From Candidatus Kapaibacterium sp. (GTDB lineage: Bacteria; Bacteroidota; Ignavibacteria; Kapaibacteriales; UBA2268): DNA of 64,000 nucleotides. The position numbers were made by a program, and so were the translations under genes. The notes below the pieces were generated by a model. It was not told the DNA's origin. It saw nothing but the letters and a program-made list of their open reading frames with translations, and did no database searches. Shown here piece after piece: positions 55,669 to 64,000 of this stretch (position 1 is the first letter of the stretch; each line of letters starts with the position of its first letter). The stretch covers positions 327,809 to 391,808 of the forward strand of contig OZ223198.1 in the NCBI GenBank assembly GCA_965140345.1. The letters are read 5' to 3'.

Positions 55669-55908
55669 ATGGTAACAGCAATTAAGTATGATGCTGAGCA
55701 GAAGAGATTATTTTGGGAAATCGATGGCGATTTACTTGATTTCGAAGTAGATCTGAAAGAAGGTGATAACTTACCTCGAGTTATCTACAAAGGTTCTGAG
55801 ATGAGTTGTCCTTTGGATATTACAGATTTTGGTTCACCACTCGAAGCAGTAGTAAAACAAAAATCTGAGAATGGCAAATGGCTACCACTTGGCAAAAAAT
55901 TGAAATAA
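55669..55908 (+). CDS. hypothetical protein (79 aa), coupled to the TPR gene
   Basis: ORF track. Starts 2 nt after the TPR gene stop. No signal peptide. Confidence 0.4.
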   Translation: MVTAIKYDAEQKRLFWEIDGDLLDFEVDLKEGDNLPRVIYKGSEMSCPLDITDFGSPLEAVVKQKSENGKWLPLGKKLK

Positions 55909-56297
55909 CAACCTAACACTTCAATTTCAGGGGAAGGATTAACCTTCCCCTTTTTTTTATCCTGATCAGTTCTGATTACATTCCCATCGAATGGCACAAA
56001 ACACCTAATAATATCTATTATAAAAGATGAATATTTGAATGCATGACTAATAAATATTTTAAAAATATCAAAAAATAATTTGGTTGGTATTCAAATATTG
56101 ATTAATATAGTTATAGATGAATTAAATATGACAAAGGTTTGCCAAATATGACAAACAAATATTGCGGTTTTCGACAATATATTAAACTGAAGAAGCAAAA
56201 CCATCATAAATGCTTAATTAGATACAATTAGTTTGGTATTGGAATATTTGATACTGTATATAACATAATATATACCATATATAAGAAGGATAAAATA

Positions 56298-56996
56298 ATG
56301 AAATTTCTGTGCATAATAGTCATACAGACGATATTTTTGGGTTTCCTAAGCAATATCGAAGCCAGTTTAGTTTCCACTCAAGGAACAAATATCAATTTAG
56401 GTAAACAACCTGCAGACATAATGCAAGTAGAAGTTCCTCTAAAGAATACTGGGGATCACGATATAAAAATACAATATATACATCCATCTTGTAATTGTAC
56501 AAGCGTAGAAATACTTGACAGTATCTTAGCTCCAAACAGTGAAACTGTTTTAATGGTTGAATTTGATCTTCAAAAAGGTAATGGTTACAAGAACACAATA
56601 ATTAATGTGTACTACAATGACAAAGAAGACACTAAAGAAACTCAGAACATGCATTGCAATTTAATTGCAGATGTTCAGCAAGTAATAGAGCTGACTCCGA
56701 TTGGAAATTCAATTCTTCGTAAATTTCCTAAAAACAACTGGTATTATGGCAATTTCAATCTTAAGAACAATTCTGAAGAAGAATTAAAAGTAAAAATATT
56801 ACCACATTATAACAAAGAGTATTGTTCTTTCCAGTTGTATTTAAGTGAAGAAATCGTACTAAAACCGCACGAGAGTATTAGTGTTGATTTCCAATTTAAA
56901 ATCAACTATCTGTACAATAATGAAGTACTCAGTTTTCAAGTCTCAGAATTAAACTCTGATAAAATATATAACAAAACATTTACATTTAGTAGGTAG
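56298..56996 (+). CDS. secreted DUF1573-like protein (tentative)
   Basis: Signal peptide. IQYIHPSCNCTSVEILDSILAPNSETVLMVEFDL resembles the DUF1573 C.C-containing core common in Bacteroidetes. Confidence 0.45.
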   Translation: MKFLCIIVIQTIFLGFLSNIEASLVSTQGTNINLGKQPADIMQVEVPLKNTGDHDIKIQYIHPSCNCTSVEILDSILAPNSETVLMVEFDLQKGNGYKNTIINVYYNDKEDTKETQNMHCNLIADVQQVIELTPIGNSILRKFPKNNWYYGNFNLKNNSEEELKVKILPHYNKEYCSFQLYLSEEIVLKPHESISVDFQFKINYLYNNEVLSFQVSELNSDKIYNKTFTFSR

Positions 56997-57036
56997 ACAG
57001 TCTACCATATTTTTAATTACTTATAGGAGTTTTCAA

Positions 57037-57843
57037 ATGAAAACGTTAAATTCTTTTCTAACTCTCGTTCTCTTTACACTATTTTTATCATTAGGCTCTG
57101 CAAAGGCAGATTTTGGGCAATGTGACAATGATCCTAGATGGCCTTGGGAACCAGTAAACAAAATAGCTACTCTAGATATCGAATTAGATTGTGGTTTAAC
57201 TGCTAAGGTTGAATACAAACATAGAGTATCTTATGGCTATTATCATGATATTTGGATGGGTGATATCCAATTAGGGAATGATCCGTCAGATATCCAAGCT
57301 TTAAAAGAATGTTTGGAATATTATCAAGATAAGTATCCAGGTCAAGCTATCGATGTTAACTTCTTGATTGAACGAATTAAAGAGAAATTTTTAGCTGCAG
57401 CTTATGATAATGGTCTAATTCAGCCACTAAATCCAGAAAATTTAGATACATGTATAACATCTTATCGTTTACAATCAGCTTCTTGTTATCAAGCGACTTG
57501 GACAGCTAATCCAGGTAATTTATTAGATTTTTGGGGTGTATTGCCAGCTGACGGTATAATTGGTATTATTTATCACGAAGATTATACAGATCCTTTTGAC
57601 CTAAAAGTGAAATATGAAGGTGGTGATGAACTTCAAGCAATCTGGAGAAATTTACTCTTACCTTGTAATAATCAAGTATGCTGTGAAGAAATGTGGCAAG
57701 CATGCAATAGACCAAACCCTCAAGACAAATTTCATCCAATTATTGAATGGACTTTATTAGATAAAAGAATTACTCAAACTGGACATGTTTGCGATTTAAA
57801 TAACTTGATCAATCCTCATTGTCAAAATACTTGCGAAGACTAA
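57037..57843 (+). CDS. secreted Cys-rich protein
   Basis: Signal peptide, 268 aa, many Cys. Confidence 0.45.
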   Translation: MKTLNSFLTLVLFTLFLSLGSAKADFGQCDNDPRWPWEPVNKIATLDIELDCGLTAKVEYKHRVSYGYYHDIWMGDIQLGNDPSDIQALKECLEYYQDKYPGQAIDVNFLIERIKEKFLAAAYDNGLIQPLNPENLDTCITSYRLQSASCYQATWTANPGNLLDFWGVLPADGIIGIIYHEDYTDPFDLKVKYEGGDELQAIWRNLLLPCNNQVCCEEMWQACNRPNPQDKFHPIIEWTLLDKRITQTGHVCDLNNLINPHCQNTCED

Positions 57844-57858
57844 AAGGAGCATTGCTAT

Positions 57859-58344
57859 ATGTTTAAGATATCAAAAAAACTTAGCATGTTGTTATTTGTA
57901 CTTTCAACCTCATGTTTGTTTTCAAATACTATCCATGAGTTTAAAAATTCAACTTCGACTAAGCATGAATTTAACTACCTAAACAAAACTATTGGAAATG
58001 AACACGAATTTGTGTATCCCAACTTTAGTAATAAAGATGAAGGTAGAATCCATGTGTTCGGTAAATTAGAAAAACCCGACACAGAAATAACAACATCAAT
58101 TAATACACCAGTTTTGAAAATCAAAGAAAATCCTTGTATAGATAAAATAGTTGATTTTCAAGTCAATTTAAAGGAAAGGTCTACTATCAGCTTATATACT
58201 TTAGATGGGCGTTTGATACAAACTATGGAAGCAGAAGGATGTAAAGATCTGTCGATAGACATGAAAGGATCAGTTTCAGGCGTCTATTTATTAACCCTTA
58301 CATCCATTGGTTATAATCAAGCAATAAAAATAGTAATTTTGTAA
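57859..58344 (+). CDS. small secreted protein with T9SS C-terminal sorting domain
   Basis: Signal peptide. C-terminal ...ISLYTLDGRLIQTMEAEG...VSGVYLLTLTSIGYNQAIKIVIL is T9SS CTD-like. Confidence 0.5.
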   Translation: MFKISKKLSMLLFVLSTSCLFSNTIHEFKNSTSTKHEFNYLNKTIGNEHEFVYPNFSNKDEGRIHVFGKLEKPDTEITTSINTPVLKIKENPCIDKIVDFQVNLKERSTISLYTLDGRLIQTMEAEGCKDLSIDMKGSVSGVYLLTLTSIGYNQAIKIVIL

Positions 58345-58411
58345 TACATATCCAAATTATTATGGATAGAGGGGAAGACACTCTTCCCCTCATTTTATTT
58401 TAGAGGTAGAC

Positions 58412-60595
58412 ATGAATCGATTATCATTTATTTCGTTACTCATATTGTGTGCATTATTTGCATCAACTAAAAGTCAGATAGTAACTGATTCCATTACTAT
58501 ATGGGAATATTCAAAACCCGATAGGATTAATGATACAAGAATTTTCAGTCAATACATAATTTCCCTTGGAGACAATGGCTTTATTGAATATGCTGATACG
58601 AGCACTTCTGAAGGCATCCAAAGTTTAAAACTGGCAGATAACTATGAATCATTAAATTCAATTTCAAAAAACGGAATGCCTGCTTATATCTGCGGTAATG
58701 ATGGAATTGTTTTCTGTGTGAATAGTATAGATGATATTCAGCCACGCGAAATAAAAAATATCCATTCAAATCTGATAGATGTTGAGGTCTGTGGTAATAT
58801 TGTATTTTTCTCAGATAACGAAAAAAATATTTATTCTACTTCTGATTTTAGCTCTTTTAAAACTTTTAAAGCAGAAGCTGTTATTAATGATATTGCGTAT
58901 ATCAGTGGAGTCATCTATCTAGCCTGTGACGAAGGCATTGCATACTCCAGCAATGACAATGGTGAGACATGGATAAAAAGCCAATTGGAGGAAGATCATA
59001 AGAAGCTAATGTCAATATCAAAATACCAAGACAAAATATTATTCTCTGGAGAAGCTATAATCCTGTGCAATTCTGATCTTTCAGGAGCTCAATCGGTTGG
59101 ACCAAATTTTGAAGAAAACAGTATAAAAAGTGTATCTCAATTAATCTGGATTGGTGGAACTTCTGTGATAGGTATTGTATATAATCATCTGAATTCAACT
59201 TTCTTTTCTAATCTGAATCTTGATACAGATAGTATTTATACAATTTTTAGAAAAGATATGTACAAATACCTTCTATTTGCAAATTCAGAAAGCAGAGGAG
59301 TGCTTGCCTATCCTGGTGAGATGAGATACTTTAACGCTTCATATATAGAAACTTCAATTTCTGGGTATAAAGATTATCATGATTTAACGGTTTCTGATAA
59401 TATTACATCTCAGCTTTATTACGCTGACAATGATAAGTTTGTTTTGTCATATTCAGTACTTAGTAAAAATTATAGTAATATAGTTAAATATAATAATAAC
59501 TCTAATGATACCATAATATACCTAACAGCAGAAGGATGCAGTGATCTTTTCCCTGTTTGCAAACGTGAAGCAAACAATACTTTTGTACATAATGATTCTA
59601 CATTTTGCATCTTTATAGATAGCTCTGACGCGAAAGGAACAATAGATTATTCTAAAGCAACAAGGTGTTTTTCTAGTGATGCCGGCAAAACTTGGCGCAT
59701 TGAACAAAATGAATTTGGTTATCATCTATTTACGAAATGTAACAATGTAATTGCAGGAGTAGTTTCTGATACTACGTATGAATGCAGTACAGATGGCGGA
59801 AATACATGGTTCACTATAAGAGAACCTGAAGATATAGAAGGATCTACCTTTACAATTGCACCTATAAATTCCAATACATTTCTAACAACCTCATATCCTA
59901 ATGGCAAATATTTGCTAACATCAGACCGTGGGGAATCATGGAAAGAAATAAAACATGAGTATTTATCTACTGCTACTTTAAATAATTCTATATTCCTTGA
60001 TGATGACCATATTGTTTACGATTATGTAAATCAATTTTCAAAATTTCATAAGCTCTATATGACCAATTCAAAGTTAGAATTTGAAGAAATGCAAGTTTTT
60101 GGGAATGCTCTCTTAACAGGGAGAAGAATAAATAACGATATAGTATATTTAATAGGATTATCATATATTTATTTATCCAAAGATAACATGCAAACATTTG
60201 ACAGTATCGCTTTCAATGCTGATTATTATTATGGCTATCCAAATAACATGAATAGTACTTTGAATAAAAGTCTTGAACAATTTGAAGTAATCCACAATAA
60301 TCATCTATATAGATTCAAACTTGATGCACTTCTTAGTGTCGCTTATTCAGAAGAAACAGAATATCAGGAATTGAAAACTTTCCCTAATCCTGCAATAGAT
60401 TATATTGATATCAGCAAATCAGATATTGAATTCAATATCGGTATGATTGTGGACATCAACGGGAAAGAGAGAGCTATTGTATCAGAGTTGAACAGATCTA
60501 TAGACATATCAAATTTGGAATCCGGAGTCTATTTCTTAATTGTAGTTGACAATCAAGGAAATCCTTACCGCTCTAAATTTATTGTAGAAAGATAA
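58412..60595 (+). CDS. BNR/Asp-box repeat protein with T9SS C-terminal sorting domain
   Basis: Signal peptide. Four S-x-D-x-G-x-T-W boxes (SNDNGETW, SSDAGKTW, STDGGNTW, TSDRGESW). C-terminal LKTFPNPAIDYIDIS...GVYFLIVVDNQGNPYRSKFIVER matches the T9SS CTD consensus. Confidence 0.75.
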   Translation: MNRLSFISLLILCALFASTKSQIVTDSITIWEYSKPDRINDTRIFSQYIISLGDNGFIEYADTSTSEGIQSLKLADNYESLNSISKNGMPAYICGNDGIVFCVNSIDDIQPREIKNIHSNLIDVEVCGNIVFFSDNEKNIYSTSDFSSFKTFKAEAVINDIAYISGVIYLACDEGIAYSSNDNGETWIKSQLEEDHKKLMSISKYQDKILFSGEAIILCNSDLSGAQSVGPNFEENSIKSVSQLIWIGGTSVIGIVYNHLNSTFFSNLNLDTDSIYTIFRKDMYKYLLFANSESRGVLAYPGEMRYFNASYIETSISGYKDYHDLTVSDNITSQLYYADNDKFVLSYSVLSKNYSNIVKYNNNSNDTIIYLTAEGCSDLFPVCKREANNTFVHNDSTFCIFIDSSDAKGTIDYSKATRCFSSDAGKTWRIEQNEFGYHLFTKCNNVIAGVVSDTTYECSTDGGNTWFTIREPEDIEGSTFTIAPINSNTFLTTSYPNGKYLLTSDRGESWKEIKHEYLSTATLNNSIFLDDDHIVYDYVNQFSKFHKLYMTNSKLEFEEMQVFGNALLTGRRINNDIVYLIGLSYIYLSKDNMQTFDSIAFNADYYYGYPNNMNSTLNKSLEQFEVIHNNHLYRFKLDALLSVAYSEETEYQELKTFPNPAIDYIDISKSDIEFNIGMIVDINGKERAIVSELNRSIDISNLESGVYFLIVVDNQGNPYRSKFIVER

Positions 60596-60742
60596 AATTT
60601 TATCATAAGCTAAGATTGAGAACCATCAGAATAGAGTTCCTACCTCCATGTGTTTTATCAATCTTAGCTTGTGTCAATAATATTTTCAAAATCGCTTTTA
60701 ACCTAATAAATATTACAAAACTATCAAGAAAAGACCACACTT

Positions 60743-61966
60743 CTAATCCCAAGCCTTAAAAGCTTCTTTTACATCACTCTCAGCAATTTTAACATATTTT
60801 TGAAAAGATTGTCTCGATTTATGACCGGTAACTTTCATCACCGTTTCGGGAAGTATACCTAACTTCAAACTCAAAGTGATGAATGTTCGCCTAGCAGTAT
60901 GAGACGAAACTAGTTCATACTTTGGAATAATCTCTTCCTTTTTTGCACCGGCAATATACTTAGTTATTTTTATATCCTCACTTATACCTGCCAGTTGACA
61001 AAGTTTCTTGATATTTAGATGATATCTGGCTTTTGATCTGAATTGTATTGACTCAATAGGATGTTTCAAAAATATCTTGAAGAGTTTGCTAACTATTGGA
61101 ATAGTTACTTCTTCAGATGTTTTTTGAGTAGTCAATCTTATTTCTCTATTCTCCATATCTACATTCATTGGGCTAAGCTTCATAATATCTGATTGTCTTA
61201 AACCTGTATAGCATTGAATTAAAAAATAATACTTGCTCCAAAGCAATTTTTCAGTTTTTCCGGATAGTTCAAGCTCTTCTAATTTTTCTAATTCTTGGGT
61301 AGTCAATACTATCTTCGATGCAACTTTGTTTTCAAAAGAGAAGAATTTGTAATCCATGGATGTATTAATCTTTTCAATATAAGCGTAACTACAAATAGTC
61401 TTTATAAACTTAATATGTGAATGTATATATCCTGTGCTTAGATTTAGAGTATTTAAATATCTAATTAGAGACAAGAAAAATGGCTCATTGATATCATTGA
61501 ACAAAATTTGAATTTGTTGATCCTTCTCGAATCCTACAAGATTTTGATAAAGTTGATTATAAGTTTTAAGTGTATTGGAATTAAACCGATTGCCTCTTTG
61601 AGTCAATGCCTCTCCAGTTGCAAATCTTTTCAATAAATTTTCTGTATACTCTATAAAAGTAGTAAAATCACTCTGCTTTTTATTTAAAAAAGTCTTTAAT
61701 TGATGTCTTGACAGACTACCTATACCATGTTCCTCTTCCACCCTATTTACAAATCGCGTTATAGAACTAATCTTTTTATCTATCTGAGCATTCTTTTCAA
61801 AATGATTTTTTTCTCTCGTAGAAATCCTTTTGGTTCGTTTGCTAAAGTTTGCTGGATTAATACTAACACCAGAAGAAATCTGAATCCTAAACCCATTCAT
61901 CGCTATATTAAGCATTATAACCGCTTTGTTGTTTTTGACAGATAAATATGGAGATATTCTAACCAT
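60743..61966 (-). CDS. tyrosine site-specific integrase (Bacteroidetes phage/CTn type)
   Basis: C-terminal catalytic region with HTARRTF, GHKS and terminal Tyr-containing block. 407 aa. Last gene before host mla genes. Confidence 0.8.
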   Translation of the reverse strand: MVRISPYLSVKNNKAVIMLNIAMNGFRIQISSGVSINPANFSKRTKRISTREKNHFEKNAQIDKKISSITRFVNRVEEEHGIGSLSRHQLKTFLNKKQSDFTTFIEYTENLLKRFATGEALTQRGNRFNSNTLKTYNQLYQNLVGFEKDQQIQILFNDINEPFFLSLIRYLNTLNLSTGYIHSHIKFIKTICSYAYIEKINTSMDYKFFSFENKVASKIVLTTQELEKLEELELSGKTEKLLWSKYYFLIQCYTGLRQSDIMKLSPMNVDMENREIRLTTQKTSEEVTIPIVSKLFKIFLKHPIESIQFRSKARYHLNIKKLCQLAGISEDIKITKYIAGAKKEEIIPKYELVSSHTARRTFITLSLKLGILPETVMKVTGHKSRQSFQKYVKIAESDVKEAFKAWD

Positions 61967-62460
61967 AAGACTCGTGTGTTGATCTAAATTACTAACTATA
62001 TACTAACGCTTTTTGCCATATGAAAGCAAATAAAAGTATATAAGATTTAGCAAACAAAAAAATAATAATTTGGAATCACCCTTCTAAAGGTGCTTTTATA
62101 ACTAAGATTTGATAACAAAATATATTATATTATATAAAGAATTTATGGAATATTATCGACTTACGATAATCTCTTTTTTTTCTGTATTGCAATAATTCTA
62201 ATTTTGCTATTATTAAGTTTCTTGATCAAACATTGTAGACTATGTGCTGAGCCTAGTTTATGCCATTTGGAATACAAATGAAAGAATAAAATCTCTTGGC
62301 CTATAAATATCTTATATCCCAGCAGAAATGCTACGAATATAATTATATACCACACCCCATAGAATATTGATGATTATATGCATAATCATGAAAACAATTT
62401 TATCTCTTAGAAAATTATATTATCTTAGTGGAAAGCAAACTTTAAACGTGCGGCTTAGAA

Positions 62461-63622
62461 TTGCAGATTAAGTTAAGGGCTGCTCAGATGGCAGAAAACA
62501 TATCTAAAATAAAAGCTAATTTCGAAAAAGATAATGATATACTTTTTATAGAACTGGAAGGTAAAATTTCCATCTATGAGAGTAAAAAAATATATCCTTC
62601 TAAAGAGTACTTCAAAGGCATTAAAGCTGTTTCCGTAGATTTTTCTAAAGTGCATGACTTTGACTCTTATATAGTTGTCTATCTGGAAAAGCTAAAAGAA
62701 ATATCTGATTCAAATAGTGCTGACTTCAAAGTTCGTGGTTTGAATCCTAAAATGGAAAGCTTCATTGCAGCTTTATCTAAAACAGATAATCAATCTGATA
62801 TATCAACAGATAAAATAGGCTTCCTCAGAAGTCACATAATTCAAATTGGTGAAAACTTTAAACAGCAGGCAAAAGATACTTTTTCCTTTATTGAGCTTTT
62901 GGGTGAAATAATTATTGGGATTTTCAAGCTCTTTATACGCCCGGGAAGTATACGCTGGAAGGACTTTCCGCATCACTTTTCTAAAGCAGGCGTATTTGCT
63001 GTTCCGATTTACAATTTTGATCGTATTTCTGATTGGCCTTATTTCAGGTTATCAGGGAGCGGTTCAGCTATCGCAATTTGGAGCGGATATATTCATAGCT
63101 GATCTGGTTGGAATTTCAATTACCAGAGAGCTCTCCCCTCTTATGGTTGCTATACTTGTCGCAGGCAGGTCAGGTTCAGCTTTTGCTGCGGAAATAGGTA
63201 CTATGAAGGTTGCAGAAGAAGTAGATGCACTTGACTCTATGGGTTATAACATAGTATCATTTTTAGTGCTCCCTAGAGTTCTGGCTGTTACATTAGCTAT
63301 GCCATTACTTACTATGCTTTGCAATATTGCAGGAGTTGGTGGTGGTCTTATAGCTGCTCTTACCACTTTGGATATTACTATTTCAGGCTACTTAAATGAG
63401 TTACAACTTGCCGTAAGTATGGGAGACATATTTAGTGGACTTTTTAAATCTTTAATTTTTGGATTTCTGGTTGCAACCATAGGCTGTTTCCGTGGTCTGC
63501 AGGTTCGAGGCGGTGCAGAAAGTGTAGGGCGCTTTACAACAGCTTCAGTAGTAACCGGTGTCTTCATGATCATTTTCACTGATGCAATATTTACTTTCAT
63601 TTTCCAGGTACTGAATATATGA
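62461..63622 (+). pseudogene. mlaE: STAS-domain/MlaE-family ABC transporter permease, apparently frameshifted (two overlapping ORFs)
   Basis: ORF 62461..63102 carries a STAS-like N-terminus and the MlaE start (PGSIRWKDF...KAGVFAVPI). The MlaE sequence then continues in the +1 frame as ORF 62915..63622 (TILIVFLIGLISGYQGAVQLSQFGA...RELSPLMVAILVAGRSGSAFAAEIGTMKV). The frames switch near 63000 at a T-run. Confidence 0.6.
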
Positions 63623-64000
63623 GCAAGATAATTGAAGTAAATAATCTTTCTAAAGTCTACGATGGCAGAGTTATTCTGGATGATGTAAATTTCTCTATCA
63701 ACCAGGGTGAGATATTTGTGATTGTAGGGGGAAGTGGCTGTGGTAAAAGTACTTTGCTCAGGCAATTAATCGGACTGGAAAAACCAACTAACGGAGACAT
63801 TACCGTAGCAGGAATGGACTTTGTAAACGCACGCGGAAAAGAAAAGCAAAAGATTCTAAGGGAAATACGGAGTTTTGTTCCAGTTTTCAGGTCTTTTTGC
63901 ATCAATGACTATTGAAGAAAACATCGCACTCCAGCTAGAAACTTATACTGACTTAGGGAAAGAGGACATTAAAGAATTAGTCAGAATGAAGCTGGCTGCA
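63619..64000 (+). CDS. mlaF: ABC transporter ATP-binding protein MlaF-like, partial at window end, with an apparent frameshift near 63870
   Basis: Walker A GGSGCGKSTLL. After ...ILREIR the expected GVLFQFSGLFASMTIEENIALQ continues in another frame to the window end, while the annotated ORF stops at 63915. Confidence 0.6.

Noticed and set aside
53491-55908. Arbitrium/RRNPP-like quorum-sensing module (HTH + TPR + small peptide)
   Set aside because: HTH and TPR are on separate proteins. The TPR protein is membrane-anchored. The 79-aa downstream ORF has no signal peptide, so it is not a secreted propeptide. Kept only as an unusual regulatory operon.
62161-62355. 64-aa minus-strand ORF between the integrase and mlaE
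   Set aside because: It is an AT-rich, hydrophobic low-complexity translation in an intergenic or att-like region with no coding signal.
61967-62460. Search for attachment-site repeat or tRNA next to the integrase
   Set aside because: No tRNA-like sequence or repeat could be matched within the window. The left prophage end is outside the window, so att cannot be called.

Overview
Calls were made by eye from the supplied six-frame translations; no database or tool search was run. The window is low-GC DNA that looks Bacteroidetes-like: three proteins end in a T9SS C-terminal sorting domain, and DUF1573-like, TPR-TM and BNR proteins are present. Positions 1 to about 42.7 kb are an integrated siphovirus-like prophage. 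Its late module runs on the minus strand: protease/scaffold, Mu gpT-like capsid, connectors, a holin plus CHAP+RlpA endolysin cassette, tail fibres, major tail protein, two overlapping chaperone ORFs, tape measure and distal tail. A divergent plus-strand block encodes a ParB-methyltransferase fusion, TerS, TerL, a DUF935 portal, Mu F-like and Mu G-like proteins. The replication module holds an HTH-amidoligase, VRR-NUC, a SNF2 helicase, a D5/P4-type primase-helicase, an SSB-like protein and a PD-(D/E)XK nuclease, followed by an xis-like gene and a cI-like lysogeny region. The tape-measure gene is split, in codon phase, by an IS256-family insertion sequence (5828..7345) flanked by an 8-bp target duplication GAAAGTGC. 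From 42.7 to 60.7 kb lies an AT-rich cargo region. Its first operon contains a small lipoprotein, an MthK-like K+ channel and two paralogous DRGH non-specific endonucleases with different C-terminal tails. The cargo region also holds a two-gene operon of a YejK/NA37-like protein and a synthetase-only RelA/SpoT (toxSAS-like) protein, an HTH regulator coupled to a zinc-ribbon/HEPN-like protein, a standalone S24 peptidase, an HTH plus TPR-TM operon, and several T9SS cargo proteins. A tyrosine integrase (60743..61966) abuts host mlaE/mlaF. Both mla genes show apparent frameshifts, so either they are pseudogenes or the assembly carries homopolymer errors; other overlapping ORF pairs should be read with that caveat. 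Candidate non-coding signals are an iteron-rich origin-like region (33020..33262), operator-like direct repeats near 41.1 kb, two tRNA-like minihelices flanking the xis-like gene, and several strong hairpins.
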